Shown piece by piece: positions 54,447 to 63,808 of a stretch of 64,000 bases of DNA. Numbering within the stretch: position 1 is the first letter of the stretch; each line of letters begins with the position of its first letter. The DNA comes from Candidatus Omnitrophota bacterium. GTDB lineage: Bacteria; Omnitrophota; Gorgyraeia; Tantalellales; Tantalellaceae. Both the position numbers and the translations under genes were made by a program. Location of the stretch: the NCBI GenBank assembly GCA_014728075.1, contig WJMG01000008.1, positions 15,229 through 79,228 on the forward strand. Direction: 5' to 3'. Under the pieces are notes generated by a model. It worked only from the letters and a program-made list of their open reading frames with translations, did no database searches and was not told where the DNA came from.

Positions 54447-55178
54447 ATGTCGACAACATTCAAAAAACCGGTATCCATGCGGGACAATGTGATGCATTAC
54501 TGTCCCGGGTGCGGCCACGGGCTTATACACCGCCTGGTATGCGAGGTCATAGACGAGCTGGGCCTCAGGGAAAAGACAATAGCAATAGCTCCCGTGGGAT
54601 GCGCGGTGCTCGCTTACGATTACTGGGATTTTGACACCATGGAAGCCCCGCACGGCAGGACGCCCGCGGTGGCGACGGGGGTGAAGCGGGTTCTTCCCGA
54701 CAGGTTCGTTTTCACTTACCAGGGGGACGGTGACCTCGCCGCCATAGGGACTTCTGAAATAATCCACGCCGGCAACCGCGGAGAGAACATATCGGTCGTT
54801 TTTGTAAACAACGGTGTTTACGGTATGACCGGGGGTCAGATGGCGCCAACAACTCTTATAGGCCAGGCCACCGCGACTTCACAGTACAAAAGGCGTCCCG
54901 AAAAAGAAGGCTTCCCTCTGAAGATACTGGAGATGATGGCCCTGCTTGACGGAGTGGTATACCTGGAACGCACTTCGGTACATTCGCCAAAAGATGTCTT
55001 GAACACGAAAAAGGCTGTCAAAAGGTCTTTCGAGACGCAGATCGGCAACAAGGGGTTCTCCATGGTAGAGGTCCTTTCGCCGTGCCCAACTTACTGGGGG
55101 CTTTCTCCGGTGGAGTCGATGAAGAGGATAGAGACCGAGGTGGTGAAGGAGTATCCGCTGGGGGTCATTAAAGGCTGA
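54447..55178 (+). CDS. 2-oxoacid:ferredoxin oxidoreductase beta subunit (TPP-binding)
   Basis: CPGCGHG Cys motif, GDG TPP motif (TYQGDGDLAAIG). Confidence 0.85.
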   Translation: MSTTFKKPVSMRDNVMHYCPGCGHGLIHRLVCEVIDELGLREKTIAIAPVGCAVLAYDYWDFDTMEAPHGRTPAVATGVKRVLPDRFVFTYQGDGDLAAIGTSEIIHAGNRGENISVVFVNNGVYGMTGGQMAPTTLIGQATATSQYKRRPEKEGFPLKILEMMALLDGVVYLERTSVHSPKDVLNTKKAVKRSFETQIGNKGFSMVEVLSPCPTYWGLSPVESMKRIETEVVKEYPLGVIKG

Positions 55179-55239
55179 AAGCCTTTAATGACAGGTTTAG
55201 GGTCCAGGTTGAGTCGACGGTCGACAGACCACGGACCAC

Positions 55240-55335
55240 ATATTTGAATAAGATTTAGATTTAGACTGAGATTTAGCAGGCCTTCGGCCTGTAAAGTTCT
55301 TTCTCAATCTCGATCTGAATCTCAATCTGAACAAT
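55240..55335. repeat. low-complexity stutter repeats (TAGATT / CTCAATCTGAAT words) between porB and porG
   Basis: agatttagatttagactgagatttag ... ctcaatctcgatctgaatctcaatctgaac; related to (CTCAAT)n at 9331. Confidence 0.7.
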
Positions 55336-55353
55336 TAGATTCTCTCCCGGTTT

Positions 55354-55947
55354 ATGGGGGATGACAACTTTTACTTTAGCATGAAAAACATCAATGAATC
55401 GATCATATGCGCGGGGTTCGGGGGGCAGGGGATAATGACCCTGGGGAAAGTGCTGGCTAACGCTGCCATGGTAGCGGGATACCATGTCACATGGATGCCT
55501 TCCTACGGAGCGGAGGTAAGGGGCGGGACCGCTCATGCCATGATAAAGATATCCTCGGAACCGATCGCCAGCCCCATGGTAAGAGAAGTCGACACGGCTA
55601 TAATAATGAACGATCCTTCACTGCAGAAGTTCGGGCCGAAGGTGAAAGAAGGCGGTCTCCTGATAGTCAATACCTCCATAGTTTCCGCCCATCCCGAAAA
55701 GGCCGGAAGAGACCTGGTCCTTGCTCCTCTCACGGACGAGGCCCTGGAGATCGGGAACATCAAGACCGCGAACATGATAGCCGTGGGTATATACATTGCC
55801 ATAAAAGGTGTTTTAAAAGAAAATACGGTCGATAAGGTCATGGAGAAGATGGCGGCCGGACGGGAAAAGATCCTGCCCGTGAACAGGAAAGCGGTAGAGC
55901 GGGGAATGGAGATAGGCCAGAGGCAAAAGGCCAAAGGCAAAGGGTAA
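55354..55947 (+). CDS. 2-oxoacid:ferredoxin oxidoreductase gamma subunit
   Basis: ICAGFGGQGIMTLGKVLA gamma-subunit signature, 197 aa. Confidence 0.85.
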   Translation: MGDDNFYFSMKNINESIICAGFGGQGIMTLGKVLANAAMVAGYHVTWMPSYGAEVRGGTAHAMIKISSEPIASPMVREVDTAIIMNDPSLQKFGPKVKEGGLLIVNTSIVSAHPEKAGRDLVLAPLTDEALEIGNIKTANMIAVGIYIAIKGVLKENTVDKVMEKMAAGREKILPVNRKAVERGMEIGQRQKAKGKG

Positions 55948-56013
55948 GGGGTTGCTTTTCACGGCCCTTAGCCATTAGCCCAATGCCGCAAAAGCGGTTG
56001 AAAAGGAGAGCAT

Positions 56014-57297
56014 ATGACAACAGTACGATTCGCGCCCAGCCCGACGGGTTTTCTGCATCTGGGGAGCGCGAGGACCGCGCTCGTGAACTGGCTTTTCGCC
56101 AGGAAGCAGGGCGGAAAGATGCTTCTGCGGGTAGAAGATACCGATAAGATCCGCTCAAAAGAGGAATACCTTGAGGAGATACTGGAAGACCTGAAATGGC
56201 TCGGGCTCGACTGGGACGGTGAACTTACATACCAGAGCAAAAGGTTCGCGGTTTACAGGCAGAAGGCCGAACAGCTGCTTGCCGGGGGTAAGGCTTACAG
56301 AGAAGGAGATGCGATAATATACAAAGTGGAGAACGGCCGTACTATCGAGATAGATGACATGATACACGGCAGTATCGCTTTCAGCACCGACGAGATAAAA
56401 GACCAGGTGATGCTCAAATCCGACGGCTCACCCGCTTATAATTTCTGCTGCGTGGTGGACGACGCCGAGCTGGGAATAACTCACATAATAAGGGGAGACG
56501 ACCATATCTCCAATACTCCCAAGCAGGTGCTTTTCTACGAGGCGCTGGGTTGTAACCCTCCGGTATTCGGGCACATGCCCCTTATGATGGGGGCGGACGG
56601 CGCTAAACTGTCAAAAAGGCACGGCGGAGTTTCGGTGGAGGAATACAGGAAAGAGGGCTTTATGCCGGAAGCCGTTGTCAATTATCTGATGCTGCTGGGG
56701 TGGTCGCCCGGGGATGACAGGGAGATACTGTCCCTTTCCGAAGCCGTAAAACTTTTCGATATAAAGGACATGAGCGATGTCCAGTCGAGATTCGACATAC
56801 AGAAATTCACCTGGATAAACGCCGAGTATATAAAGGCAACCGATACGGAACAGCTGGCCCGGCTTATAAGGTCTTATTGCTCGGAGAACGGCATGGATAT
56901 CTCTTCGATGAAAGAGGATGAATTCCTCGAGCTGGTAGACCTTTACAAGGTCAGGATAAAGACGCTCGCCGAGTTCTATCCCCTGACAGAATCTTTTTTT
57001 ACCGACGATTTCCGCGTCGATGAGAAAGGAAGGAAAAAATATCTCGACAAGGAGGGCAACAGGGAGAACCTGAAGGTGTTCGCTGACCGTATTGAGGAGA
57101 TGGACGACTTCGGCCATGAAAAGATAGAGCAGGTCTGCAGGGATATAGCCGAAGAAAGGAGCCTGAAGGCGGCGCAGATAATTCACCCGACGAGAATGGC
57201 TATAAGCGGACAGACAAGAGGCGCGGGCCTCTTCGAGATGATGGAAGTCCTTGGAAAAGAGAAAGTTCTGGAAAGGATGAGGAAGGCGGCGGAATAA
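56014..57297 (+). CDS. gltX: glutamyl-tRNA synthetase (short form)
   Basis: RFAPSPTGFLHLGSART (HIGH), KLSKR (KMSKS) motifs; 427 aa. Confidence 0.9.
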   Translation: MTTVRFAPSPTGFLHLGSARTALVNWLFARKQGGKMLLRVEDTDKIRSKEEYLEEILEDLKWLGLDWDGELTYQSKRFAVYRQKAEQLLAGGKAYREGDAIIYKVENGRTIEIDDMIHGSIAFSTDEIKDQVMLKSDGSPAYNFCCVVDDAELGITHIIRGDDHISNTPKQVLFYEALGCNPPVFGHMPLMMGADGAKLSKRHGGVSVEEYRKEGFMPEAVVNYLMLLGWSPGDDREILSLSEAVKLFDIKDMSDVQSRFDIQKFTWINAEYIKATDTEQLARLIRSYCSENGMDISSMKEDEFLELVDLYKVRIKTLAEFYPLTESFFTDDFRVDEKGRKKYLDKEGNRENLKVFADRIEEMDDFGHEKIEQVCRDIAEERSLKAAQIIHPTRMAISGQTRGAGLFEMMEVLGKEKVLERMRKAAE

Positions 57298-57370
57298 CAG
57301 CATACAGCGTACAGGATACAGCGTATAGTTATAAGCCCTGAACGCTACACGCTGTACGCTATACGCTTAA
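57296..57370. repeat. stutter-repeat hairpin (ACAGCGTA / CGCTGTAC heptamers) after gltX
   Basis: cagcatacagcgtacaggatacagcgtatag ... cgctacacgctgtacgctatacgc inverted arms. Confidence 0.75.
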
Positions 57371-57375
57371 ACATT

Positions 57376-59055
57376 ATGGAAGAAAAACGAAAAACCAATT
57401 TTATACGCGAGATAATTGAAAAAGACCTCGAAGCCGGCAAGTGGGACGGGCGGGTGTGTACGCGTTTTCCGCCCGAACCGAACGGCTATCTCCACATAGG
57501 CCACGCGAAGAGCATATGTCTTAATTACGGGATCGCCCGCGATTACAGGGGTACTTTCAATTTAAGGTTCGATGATACCAATCCCTGCGCGGAAGAACAG
57601 GAGTATGTCGATTCCATCAAGGAGGATGTTAAATGGCTCGGCGCCGACTGGGAAGAACGGCTGTTTTTCGCTTCGGACTATTTCGAGCGGATGTACGGTT
57701 ACGCGCTGCGCCTTATAGAAAAAGGCAAAGCGTATGTATGTGACCAGAGCCTTGAGGAAGTGAGGCGCGACAGGGGCTCCATAAGCGAGCCGGGAAAAGA
57801 GAGCCCCTACAGGGAGAGAAGCGTTCCGGAGAACCTTGAGCTTTTCGCGAAAATGAGAAAGGGAGAGTTTTCCGACGGATCAAAGACGCTGCGGGCGAAA
57901 ATAGACATGAAACACCCCAACCTGTTGATGAGGGACCCGGTGATGTACAGGATCCTGCACGCGGGGCATCACAGGACGGGGGATGAGTGGTGTATTTATC
58001 CCATGTACGACTGGGCCCACGGCCTTGAAGATTCGCTCGAGGGTATAACACACTCTCTTTGCACTCTGGAGTTCGCGACACACAGGGAGCTTTACGACTG
58101 GTATCTTGAAGAGCTCGGGGTGTACCATCCCCGGCAGATAGAGTTCGCCCGGCTCAACCTGGGGCATACCGTCCTGAGCAAAAGAAAGCTTCTCCTTCTG
58201 GTGAGAGAAAAGCATGTTTCCGGTTGGGACGATCCCAGGATGCCGACCATTTCAGGCCTCAGGAGAAGGGGGTACACTCCTTCTTCAATAAGGTCTTTCT
58301 GTGAGACCATAGGAGTCGCCAGGATGAACAGCATAGTCGATATGGTGGTCCTGGAGAATAGCATACGCGAAGAGCTTAACAGGACGGCCCGGAGGGTAAT
58401 GGCTGTTCTCGATCCCCTGAAGGTGGTGATAACCAACTATCCGGAAGGGCGGGAAGAGTCTCTGGAGGCGGTGAACAATCCTGAAGACGGGTCGGCGGGA
58501 ACCAGAAAAGTCCCGTTCTCCCGGGAGCTGTATATCGAACGAAAAGACTTTATGGAGGACCCTCCTAAAAAGTTCTTCCGCCTGGCTCCCGGCAGGGAAG
58601 TCCGGTTAAGGTACGCTTATTTCATAACCTGCCGTGAAGCCGTCAAGGACGAAAAAGGCAATGTGACCGAACTGAGGTGCACTTACGACCCCGAGACCAG
58701 AGGAGGGGACGCTCCCGACGGCCGGAAGGTGAAAGGTACTTTGCACTGGGTTTCCGCGAAGCATGCCGTAAAAGCGGAGGTCCGGTTGTACGACCATCTT
58801 TTCTCCGTACGCGATCCTAACGAGGTTGAGGAAGGAGGGGACTTTACGGACAACCTTAACCCCGATTCCTTAAAAGTAGTTAAGGATTGCCGGATAGAGC
58901 CGTTCATAAAAGAAACGGACAAAAGCGAGCGGCTCCAGTTCGAAAGAACGGGGTATTTTCGGCAGGATCCCGAAGATTCGAGCGGGGAGAGTCCGGTCTT
59001 TAACCGTATCGCGTCTTTGAGAGATACCTGGGCGAAGATGCAGAAGAAGAAATAG
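57376..59055 (+). CDS. glnS: glutaminyl-tRNA synthetase
   Basis: [17 protein letters not shown] (HIGH), VLSKRK (KMSKS), GlnRS anticodon-binding beta-barrels; 559 aa. Confidence 0.9.
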   Translation: MEEKRKTNFIREIIEKDLEAGKWDGRVCTRFPPEPNGYLHIGHAKSICLNYGIARDYRGTFNLRFDDTNPCAEEQEYVDSIKEDVKWLGADWEERLFFASDYFERMYGYALRLIEKGKAYVCDQSLEEVRRDRGSISEPGKESPYRERSVPENLELFAKMRKGEFSDGSKTLRAKIDMKHPNLLMRDPVMYRILHAGHHRTGDEWCIYPMYDWAHGLEDSLEGITHSLCTLEFATHRELYDWYLEELGVYHPRQIEFARLNLGHTVLSKRKLLLLVREKHVSGWDDPRMPTISGLRRRGYTPSSIRSFCETIGVARMNSIVDMVVLENSIREELNRTARRVMAVLDPLKVVITNYPEGREESLEAVNNPEDGSAGTRKVPFSRELYIERKDFMEDPPKKFFRLAPGREVRLRYAYFITCREAVKDEKGNVTELRCTYDPETRGGDAPDGRKVKGTLHWVSAKHAVKAEVRLYDHLFSVRDPNEVEEGGDFTDNLNPDSLKVVKDCRIEPFIKETDKSERLQFERTGYFRQDPEDSSGESPVFNRIASLRDTWAKMQKKK

Positions 59056-59235
59056 GAAAAACCTATTTCCCCGCGTCACGCGCGCCGTGCCGCGGTAAGA
59101 TCTTTGAGAAAATATATTACATTCGGGTTTCAGTTGTAAAGGTCTGAGAGAGTGTGAGTAATTGATCATTAGAGCAGTAGGCCGCAATAGAACAAAAATG
59201 CTCTAATGCTCCAATGTTCTATTGCTCTAATTGAT

Positions 59236-59266
59236 AAAAAGGCCTGCGACCGCAGGCCTTTTTATC
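59236..59266. terminator. bidirectional Rho-independent terminator
   Basis: AAAAAGGCCTGCG-ACC-GCAGGCCTTTTT perfect 13-bp stem flanked by A- and T-runs. Confidence 0.7.
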
Positions 59267-59272
59267 AAATAT

Positions 59273-59296
59273 GGTCGGGATGCAGGGACACCCAGG
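59273..59296 (-). repeat. duplicated 3'-end fragment of tRNA-Gln (att-like direct repeat)
   Basis: ATGGTcGGGATGCAGGGACaC matches ATGGTtGGGATGCAGGGACtC at 59484-59505 (acceptor 3' strand + T-stem of the intact tRNA) in the same orientation 190 bp away. Confidence 0.6.
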
Positions 59297-59449
59297 AGCG
59301 AAGCGACGCAGGATCCCCTGATCACAAAGCATATTTGCGAAGAGAAGGGCTGGGAAAGATCACTTTCAGCAGCGATTCGATGAGCATATACCAGCGATCA
59401 ATTGACAGTTTGAAAAAGAAGCGATAGAAAATGATCGCACAGGTATTAA

Positions 59450-59480
59450 AAAAGGCCAACCGGAAAGTCAGCCTTTTTTA
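59450..59480. terminator. bidirectional terminator hairpin 3' of tRNA-Gln
   Basis: AAAAAAGGC-caaccggaaagtca-GCCTTTTTT. Confidence 0.6.
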
Positions 59481-59485
59481 ATAGA

Positions 59486-59560
59486 TGGTTGGGATGCAGG
59501 GACTCGAACCCCGAACAAATGATCCAGAGTCATTCGTGTTACCAATTACACCACATCCCA
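59486..59560 (-). tRNA. tRNA-Gln (CTG)
   Basis: Minus strand UGGGAUG-...-AAUGA-CUCUGGA-UCAUU-...-GGGGUUCGAGUCCCU-GCAUCCCA-A-CCA; anticodon CUG; U1:A72; CCA encoded. Confidence 0.85.
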
Positions 59561-59701
59561 ACGGATCTGTAGAAATACGGTCATTATTATACTACAAAAC
59601 GGTTATTTTTAAAGATTTTTCTGAGAATGCGCCGGGATGGCCGCCCTTTGAAGGGCTGAGGCAGATGGTCGGGGAAAAGAAGTATTCCGGCAGGGGTCAT
59701 T

Positions 59702-60673
59702 ATGCGGGAACACGGGAAAAATAACATACGGCAGATTAAATGTGCGACGGCGTTCATCGCGTTATTGTTCGCTTTTTTCTTTACCGCGGCTTTCGCGGAG
59801 GAAGAAGATGCAAGGGGCGATGTCAGGTTCGTTGTGACGGGGTGCTGGCATCTGGGGGAGTCGGACCCGGCCGAATGGGCGGAAGCGGTCGCGAAAATAA
59901 ATAGGTTTTCGCCCGATCTGGTCATCTTTCTCGGCAGTATGGTCGATCTGGTGGGGGACGGCGAAAGAAGAACGGGGTACAGCACGCGCCGCGCTTTCGA
60001 GGAAGGCATAAAGCTTTCGCCCGAAGAAGTCGACGAAAGATGGGCTCTCTTCGATAAGATAACCGGCTCCCTGGACGCGCCCGTCTACGATGTCCCCAGC
60101 GAAAGAACGATCCCCGCCAATAACACCGGTATTACCGAAAGGGCCTTTCTTGAAAGGAATAAGGGAAGGTTCTATTCCGTGGTTTTTGAGGGGTTTCTCT
60201 TTATTTTTCTGGATTCGGAATTCCATAACAGGACAGATCTAAGGCAGAGAGGCCTTATAGACCACGAGCAGATGGATTTTCTCGAGGAAGCGCTCGTTAA
60301 TTCCGGTGAATATGAGAATGTCTTTGTGTTTATACACGCCGCCGCATGGGCGCCCCCTTTCAGGCGGGAAAGCATGTGGTGGCGGAGAATACATCCTCTG
60401 TTACGGGGGAAGGCCGGCCATGTTTTCGGCGCCTGCCTTCATTTCCTGGACCATAAGAATGTTGAGGGGGTTAATTACTACATTACCGGCGCAGCGCCCC
60501 ACTGGCCGGACCCGGACCCCGGAAAAATGTCGTTCCCGCATTTTCTCGTTGTTGATATCGCCGGTAAAAAAGTTTCGGTTAAAGTTGTTCCGACCGGACC
60601 CGTAGATCTGGATGAAATAATACGGCCCAACAAGGTTTCCCGTGAAACGGGTTTTCCCGGAGGCGACAGGTAA
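59702..60673 (+). CDS. secreted degenerate calcineurin-like metallophosphoesterase-fold protein (motif I Asp replaced: TGCWHLG)
   Basis: Signal peptide; paralogous (approx 40% id) to N-domain of next gene; phosphoesterase-like motif positions partly retained (FIHAAAW, GHVFGACLH) but GDxHG Asp->Cys. Confidence 0.55.
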   Translation: MREHGKNNIRQIKCATAFIALLFAFFFTAAFAEEEDARGDVRFVVTGCWHLGESDPAEWAEAVAKINRFSPDLVIFLGSMVDLVGDGERRTGYSTRRAFEEGIKLSPEEVDERWALFDKITGSLDAPVYDVPSERTIPANNTGITERAFLERNKGRFYSVVFEGFLFIFLDSEFHNRTDLRQRGLIDHEQMDFLEEALVNSGEYENVFVFIHAAAWAPPFRRESMWWRRIHPLLRGKAGHVFGACLHFLDHKNVEGVNYYITGAAPHWPDPDPGKMSFPHFLVVDIAGKKVSVKVVPTGPVDLDEIIRPNKVSRETGFPGGDR

Positions 60674-62625
60674 TGCTGTTAAAGAGAACATTATTCACGG
60701 TCTTTGTGATCGTCAGTTCACTTATGGGTCCTGCCTGCACACGCGCCGGCGAGGAAGGGACGCGGTTCATCGTGCTCGGGGACCTGCACTTCGGTATAAC
60801 GGACCAGGATGAGTTCAGGGAAATAGCGGCCGTGATCAACAGTTATGGCCCTGATATGGTGGTCTTTCTGGGGAACGGGATAGACCTTGTCGGTGAACGC
60901 CCCCCTCTTGATATCAGCCAATACGATACTTTGACGGCTTTCCGGAGAGGCGAAAAACTCAACCGTAAGCAGATGCTGTTCCTTGACAGCGAGTTCAGGG
61001 AGGTTGCGGAGACGATAGACGCTCCGGTATACGGTGTCACGGGAGACAGGAACATTCCTGCCAACAACCCGGATCTTGCCGAACGGCTTTTCCTGGACCG
61101 TTACGGAAAACGCTACTACTCGCTGGTCATGGGAAATAACCTTTTTATAATGCTCGATTCGGAGCAGGATAACACCGCCGGCCTGAAACAGAGAGGCCAC
61201 ATAAGCGGCGAACAGCTGGAATTTCTCAGGGATAAGCTGGAGGATGCGGATAAATACGATAATGTTTTCGTTTTCATGCATAAGACGAACTGGCTCGAAC
61301 CTTCCGAAAAAGAAAAAAGGCTGTTCGATATGCTTCATCGCGAATTGGCCGGAAGGGCCGATCATGTCTTTACCAGCGGGGAATTTGTGCTGGACAGGAT
61401 GGAAAAGGACAATGTCACTTACATCACCTCCGGAGGAAATCCCAACTGGGAAACGATGAAACCGTTCCCTTCATTTTTTCATTTTCTTATCGTGGACGCG
61501 GACGGTCAGGATGTGGAAATTAAAGTAGTCCCTCTTGAGCCGGTGAAAATAGAAGACCTTGTCGTTTCACAATATAACCTCGCGCGCCGGGGCGGTAGCC
61601 TGGAGCAGAAAATATGGCTGGACAATCCTCTGAGGGTCTCCATGCTTGAGCCCGGGGATATCGTCAGCGCGGTAGCCCCTGATAAAGGCGATGCCGTGCT
61701 TGACCTGGGAGCGGGAACGGGTATATTTACTTTTATCTTCGCGGAAAAAGTAGGTCCTTCGGGAAAAGTTTTCGCCACGGAAACAAGTAAGTCGCTCGTG
61801 AAGCATATTGAACAAGAGGCCGAAGCCGAAGGCTTCGGTAACATAGAAGCGATTACCGTTAAGTCCGAGGGCGTAGACCCTTTCTATGCAGGCCACAGGT
61901 TCGACATAATATTCCTTTGTGATGTTTATGAGCTTATCGAACGCCCCGTGGAATACTTTTCGGAATTAAGGCGCAGCCTTGTCCCCGGAGGAAGGATGTT
62001 CATAGTCTATTACAGGTTCGATTCCGATTTTACCCCGCTAGAGTTCAGGGAAACTGAAAGCCTTAAGCAGAGGCTTGGGCTCGAAGAGGAAGATTTTCCT
62101 CTTTATTCAAGGTTGTCCGCCGCGACGGTCAATTCTCTCCGGGACGGGGAAGGGCCTTTGACCGGAGGACAAGTGGCTGAATTGACGGCTGAGCTGAACG
62201 ATATTCTGGACGACAGGACCCTTTTCCCCGAACTCGTGGAGTACTACGGGGCCAAACGGACCTCTACGGGAAAGATGATATACAGGTTCATTCACCCCAA
62301 GGATATCGCTCTGGTGGAATGGCTGGTCGAATACCTGGAAGACAGGGACGCCTTTTCGCCGGGCAGGGAGATATCGCCCCGTACGCGTAAACAGCTTCGA
62401 AGGCTTAACCGGATAAGCCTCGCGGGAATATTTAGGAATACAACGCTTTACGATATTTTCAGAGTTGACCGCCTGGGTTATGTAGATGATACGCAGGTCA
62501 TTTCCGATATGGAAAAGGCCGGATACGAATTCACCGGCAGGCGCGATACCCTCCGTTACCATTACATACTTGAGTTCAAGAATGGGAGTCCAAAAAGCTC
62601 CCGGGGAGAAATACATGAGCAATAG
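60673..62625 (+). CDS. fusion protein: degenerate metallophosphoesterase-like N-domain + class I SAM-dependent methyltransferase + ~200 aa C-terminal region
   Basis: N-terminal hydrophobic anchor/signal; LGDLHFG (motif I) then degenerate motifs; MTase motif I VLDLGAGTGIFTFIFAEKVGPSGKVFATE and motif post-I/II (FDIIFLCDVYE); 650 aa; start overlaps previous stop. Confidence 0.6.
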   Translation: MLLKRTLFTVFVIVSSLMGPACTRAGEEGTRFIVLGDLHFGITDQDEFREIAAVINSYGPDMVVFLGNGIDLVGERPPLDISQYDTLTAFRRGEKLNRKQMLFLDSEFREVAETIDAPVYGVTGDRNIPANNPDLAERLFLDRYGKRYYSLVMGNNLFIMLDSEQDNTAGLKQRGHISGEQLEFLRDKLEDADKYDNVFVFMHKTNWLEPSEKEKRLFDMLHRELAGRADHVFTSGEFVLDRMEKDNVTYITSGGNPNWETMKPFPSFFHFLIVDADGQDVEIKVVPLEPVKIEDLVVSQYNLARRGGSLEQKIWLDNPLRVSMLEPGDIVSAVAPDKGDAVLDLGAGTGIFTFIFAEKVGPSGKVFATETSKSLVKHIEQEAEAEGFGNIEAITVKSEGVDPFYAGHRFDIIFLCDVYELIERPVEYFSELRRSLVPGGRMFIVYYRFDSDFTPLEFRETESLKQRLGLEEEDFPLYSRLSAATVNSLRDGEGPLTGGQVAELTAELNDILDDRTLFPELVEYYGAKRTSTGKMIYRFIHPKDIALVEWLVEYLEDRDAFSPGREISPRTRKQLRRLNRISLAGIFRNTTLYDIFRVDRLGYVDDTQVISDMEKAGYEFTGRRDTLRYHYILEFKNGSPKSSRGEIHEQ

Positions 62626-63808
62626 ACGCATTTACCTGGATAACAACGCGACGACACCGCTTCATCCTGAGGTCAAGACGGCACTTAAAGAAGGAATGGA
62701 TGCTTACGGGAACCCCTCGAGCATGCACTCTTTCGGAAGAGAAGCCAGAACGCTTGTGGAAAAGGCGCGTGAGAATGTAGCGTCCTTCATAGGGGCTTCC
62801 GCCGAGGAGCTCGTGTTCGTGGGGAGCGGCTCGGAAGCCAACAATACAGTGCTATCCATTTTCACCTGTACCCTTGAAAAGAAATGCACCTGTGACCGGT
62901 GCGGAGGTTCCGGGGTAATAACCACTACGATCGAGCACCCATGCGTTCTGGAGACCTCAAAATGCCTGATCGACAAAGGTGTTAATGTGAGGTACATAGG
63001 GGTAGACAGGTACGGGAAAGTGGATCCGGAAAAACTCGCGGAAATGATAGACGGGGAGACCGGTCTGGTGTCCATAATGATGGCAAATAACGAGATAGGC
63101 ACCATTCTGGACATAAAAGAGCTGGCCGGGGTCGTACACGAAAAAGGAGCGCTTTTCCATACCGACGCAGTACAGGCCGTGGGAAAGGTGCCCGTGGATG
63201 TCAATGAACTGGGTGTGGATTTCCTCACCATATCCGCGCACAAGATGTACGGGCCTAAGGGCGTCGGGGCTCTTTACATAAGGAAAGGTATACCTTTTTG
63301 CCCTCTCATAAGGGGGGGGCATCAGGAAAAGGGCCGCCGGGCGGGCACCGAGAACACCCTCGGCATCATAGGCTTGAGCAAAGCGGTAGATATGAGAAGA
63401 AAGGAGATGAAGGACGAGGAAGAGAGGCTTCTCGGGTTCAAAACGAGACTCAAGGAGGGCCTGGAAGCCGCTGTCCCCGATATAAGTTTCAACGGCCACC
63501 CGGAGGACAGCCTTCCGGGGACGGTAAATGTTTCTTTTGAAGGGGCCGAGGGGGAAGCTATTCTGCTTTACCTTGATATGGAAGGGATAGCCGTTTCTAC
63601 CGGGTCCGCGTGCGCTTCCGGATCGCTTGACCCTTCGCATGTTCTCCTGGCCACCGGACTTTCCGCCGAATACGCCCATGGCTCCGTGAGAATAAGCATG
63701 GGGAGGGAAACGACCGGGAAAGACATAGACAGGGTACTTGCCGTTTTCCCGGAGGTCATAAACAGGATAAGGAATATGTCTTCAGCGTATAAAAAGGGGG
63801 AGAAATGA
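62616..63808 (+). CDS. iscS: cysteine desulfurase (IscS/NifS family) with Cys-rich insertion
   Basis: IYLDNNATTP start, PLP Lys region (SAHKMYGPKGVGALYIRK), catalytic SACASGS loop; extra CTLEKKCTCDRCGGSG insert near residue 80; ATG 62616 overlaps upstream gene. Confidence 0.85.

Noticed and set aside
59206-59427. 73-aa ORF between glnS terminator and tRNA-Gln
   Set aside because: It overlaps the tRNA-Gln fragment repeat and a terminator and has no RBS. It is probably non-coding remnant DNA.
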